Of a stretch of 32,000 nucleotides of DNA, positions 30,269-32,000 are shown one piece after another; the stretch's first letter is position 1, and each line of letters starts with the position of its first letter. The position numbers were made by a program, and so were the translations under genes. The notes beneath the pieces were generated by a model, which ran no database searches, was not told the origin of the DNA, and saw only the letters and a program-made list of their open reading frames with translations. The stretch is from Mycobacterium tuberculosis H37Rv (GTDB lineage: Bacteria; Actinomycetota; Actinomycetes; Mycobacteriales; Mycobacteriaceae): the NCBI RefSeq assembly GCF_000195955.2, contig NC_000962.3, positions 1,080,001-1,112,000 on the forward strand. Direction: 5' to 3'.

Positions 30269-31549
30269 GTGCGTTCTGTGGAGGAGCAGCAGGCTCGGAT
30301 ATCGGCCGCTGCGGTAGCCCCGAGGCCGATACGCGTTGCGATCGCCGAGGCGCAGGGATTGATGTGCGCCGAAGAAGTGGTCACCGAACGTCCAATGCCC
30401 GGTTTTGATCAGGCCGCCATCGACGGCTACGCGGTGCGCAGTGTCGATGTGGCCGGTGTCGGTGATACCGGTGGTGTCCAAGTCTTTGCCGACCACGGCG
30501 ATCTTGACGGTCGCGACGTGCTGACCCTACCGGTGATGGGAACCATCGAAGCCGGAGCGCGCACCCTGAGCAGGTTGCAGCCTCGCCAAGCGGTCCGGGT
30601 GCAGACCGGCGCGCCGCTTCCCACCCTGGCCGATGCGGTCCTGCCGTTGCGGTGGACCGATGGCGGAATGTCTCGGGTGCGGGTGCTGCGCGGGGCGCCG
30701 TCGGGCGCCTACGTGCGGCGTGCGGGCGACGACGTGCAGCCCGGTGATGTGGCGGTGCGCGCGGGGACGATCATCGGCGCAGCCCAGGTGGGGTTGCTGG
30801 CGGCGGTCGGCCGTGAACGGGTGCTGGTGCACCCTCGTCCGCGGCTGTCGGTGATGGCCGTCGGGGGCGAGTTGGTCGACATCTCGCGGACCCCGGGCAA
30901 CGGGCAGGTTTATGACGTCAACTCCTATGCCTTGGCTGCGGCGGGCCGGGATGCCTGTGCGGAGGTGAACCGGGTTGGCATCGTCAGCAACGACCCTACG
31001 GAACTTGGCGAAATCGTCGAGGGCCAGCTCAATCGGGCTGAGGTCGTGGTGATCGCCGGCGGGGTGGGCGGTGCGGCGGCAGAAGCGGTCAGGTCGGTGC
31101 TTTCCGAGCTCGGTGAGATGGAGGTCGTGCGGGTCGCCATGCATCCGGGATCCGTGCAGGGCTTCGGACAGCTCGGCCGTGATGGTGTACCGACCTTTCT
31201 GCTGCCGGCCAACCCGGTCAGCGCCCTGGTGGTCTTCGAGGTGATGGTTCGGCCGCTGATCCGGCTGTCGCTGGGTAAACGGCATCCGATGCGACGGATC
31301 GTGTCGGCGCGCACGCTGTCGCCGATCACGTCGGTGGCCGGGCGCAAGGGCTACCTGCGTGGCCAGTTGATGCGTGATCAGGACAGCGGCGAGTACCTGG
31401 TGCAGGCGCTGGGCGGCGCTCCGGGGGCGTCATCGCACCTGCTCGCGACGCTTGCCGAAGCGAACTGTCTGGTTGTGGTTCCCACCGGGGCCGAGCAGAT
31501 TCGCACGGGTGAGATCGTGGATGTCGCCTTCCTGGCTCAGCACGGCTGA
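30269..31549 (+). CDS. moeA1: Molybdopterin molybdenumtransferase MoeA, 426 aa
   Basis: MPGFDQAAIDGYAV, VRVQTGAPLPTLADAVLP, PVSALVVFEV. GTG start. Confidence 0.93.
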   Translation: MRSVEEQQARISAAAVAPRPIRVAIAEAQGLMCAEEVVTERPMPGFDQAAIDGYAVRSVDVAGVGDTGGVQVFADHGDLDGRDVLTLPVMGTIEAGARTLSRLQPRQAVRVQTGAPLPTLADAVLPLRWTDGGMSRVRVLRGAPSGAYVRRAGDDVQPGDVAVRAGTIIGAAQVGLLAAVGRERVLVHPRPRLSVMAVGGELVDISRTPGNGQVYDVNSYALAAAGRDACAEVNRVGIVSNDPTELGEIVEGQLNRAEVVVIAGGVGGAAAEAVRSVLSELGEMEVVRVAMHPGSVQGFGQLGRDGVPTFLLPANPVSALVVFEVMVRPLIRLSLGKRHPMRRIVSARTLSPITSVAGRKGYLRGQLMRDQDSGEYLVQALGGAPGASSHLLATLAEANCLVVVPTGAEQIRTGEIVDVAFLAQHG

Positions 31550-31611
31550 GCCGAACCACGGCGACTCTGGTGAACTTATGGCGCTCGAATCCCCGGCATC
31601 CGGGATGGCCG

Positions 31612-32000
31612 ATGGCCGTCGGGCCGCTGCGGGTCTCGGCAGGCGTGATTCGGCTGCGGCCGGTGCGGATGCGTGACGGCGTGCATTGGAGCCGGATCCG
31701 GTTGGCCGACCGTGCACATCTTGAGCCGTGGGAGCCCAGCGCGGACGGCGAGTGGACCGTCCGGCACACGGTTGCTGCCTGGCCGGCGGTGTGTTCGGGT
31801 CTGCGTTCGGAGGCTCGCAACGGCCGCATGCTGCCGTACGTGATCGAGCTGGATGGGCAGTTCTGCGGCCAGTTGACCATCGGCAATGTCACCCACGGGG
31901 CCTTGCGGTCGGCCTGGATCGGCTATTGGGTACCAAGCGCGGCCACTGGCGGAGGGGTGGCCACCGGAGCGTTGGCGTTGGGTCTCGACCACTGCTTCGG
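31612..32000 (+). CDS. rimJ: GNAT-family N-acetyltransferase, RimJ-like, 5' part (truncated by window end)
   Basis: The open frame runs off the window end and so is missing from the ORF track. Translates as MAVGPLRVSAGVIRLRPVRMRDGVHWSRIRLADRAHLEPWEPSADGEW...GYWVPSAATGGGVATGAL, with a RimJ-like acetyl-CoA loop. Confidence 0.85.
   Translation, partial: MAVGPLRVSAGVIRLRPVRMRDGVHWSRIRLADRAHLEPWEPSADGEWTVRHTVAAWPAVCSGLRSEARNGRMLPYVIELDGQFCGQLTIGNVTHGALRSAWIGYWVPSAATGGGVATGALALGLDHCF

Noticed and set aside
28564-30496. Plus- and minus-strand shadow ORFs around the 5-FTHF cyclo-ligase and galU
   Set aside because: Overlap well-supported genes with no recognisable motifs.

Overview
This window is a gene-dense, high-GC mycobacterial segment. 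Protein sequences and gene order match the Mycobacterium tuberculosis complex region from the 3' part of ctpV to the 5' part of rimJ (H37Rv Rv0969 to Rv0995, assigned from recall, no search run). In order: ctpV (partial) and a DUF5134-like membrane protein; a tightly coupled minus-strand acyl-CoA operon echA7-fadE12-accA2-accD2-fadE13-AtuA-like; PE_PGRS16 with a C-terminal aspartic protease-like domain; a duplicated rpmF/PE_PGRS block (PE_PGRS17, PE_PGRS18); mprA-mprB-pepD-moaB2; mscL; a compositionally foreign three-gene ABC exporter/AttH cassette (Rv0986-Rv0988); grcC2; a SAF-domain protein; ruc (Rv0991c) with a CIRCE-like operator; a 5-FTHF cyclo-ligase; galU; moeA1; rimJ (partial). I see no CRISPR, tRNA, rRNA, phage or wholly new multigene defence system. 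The most interesting less-documented signals are: (1) a decayed fragment closely matching pepD between the two rpmF/PE_PGRS copies, suggesting an older, larger rpmF-...-pepD tandem duplication; (2) a truncated rpmF remnant in copy 1; (3) an Atu/Liu-like composition of the accA2/accD2 operon with an upstream palindrome; (4) a Met-rich loop in the ctpV-adjacent membrane protein; (5) degenerate Asp-rich motifs in GrcC2.
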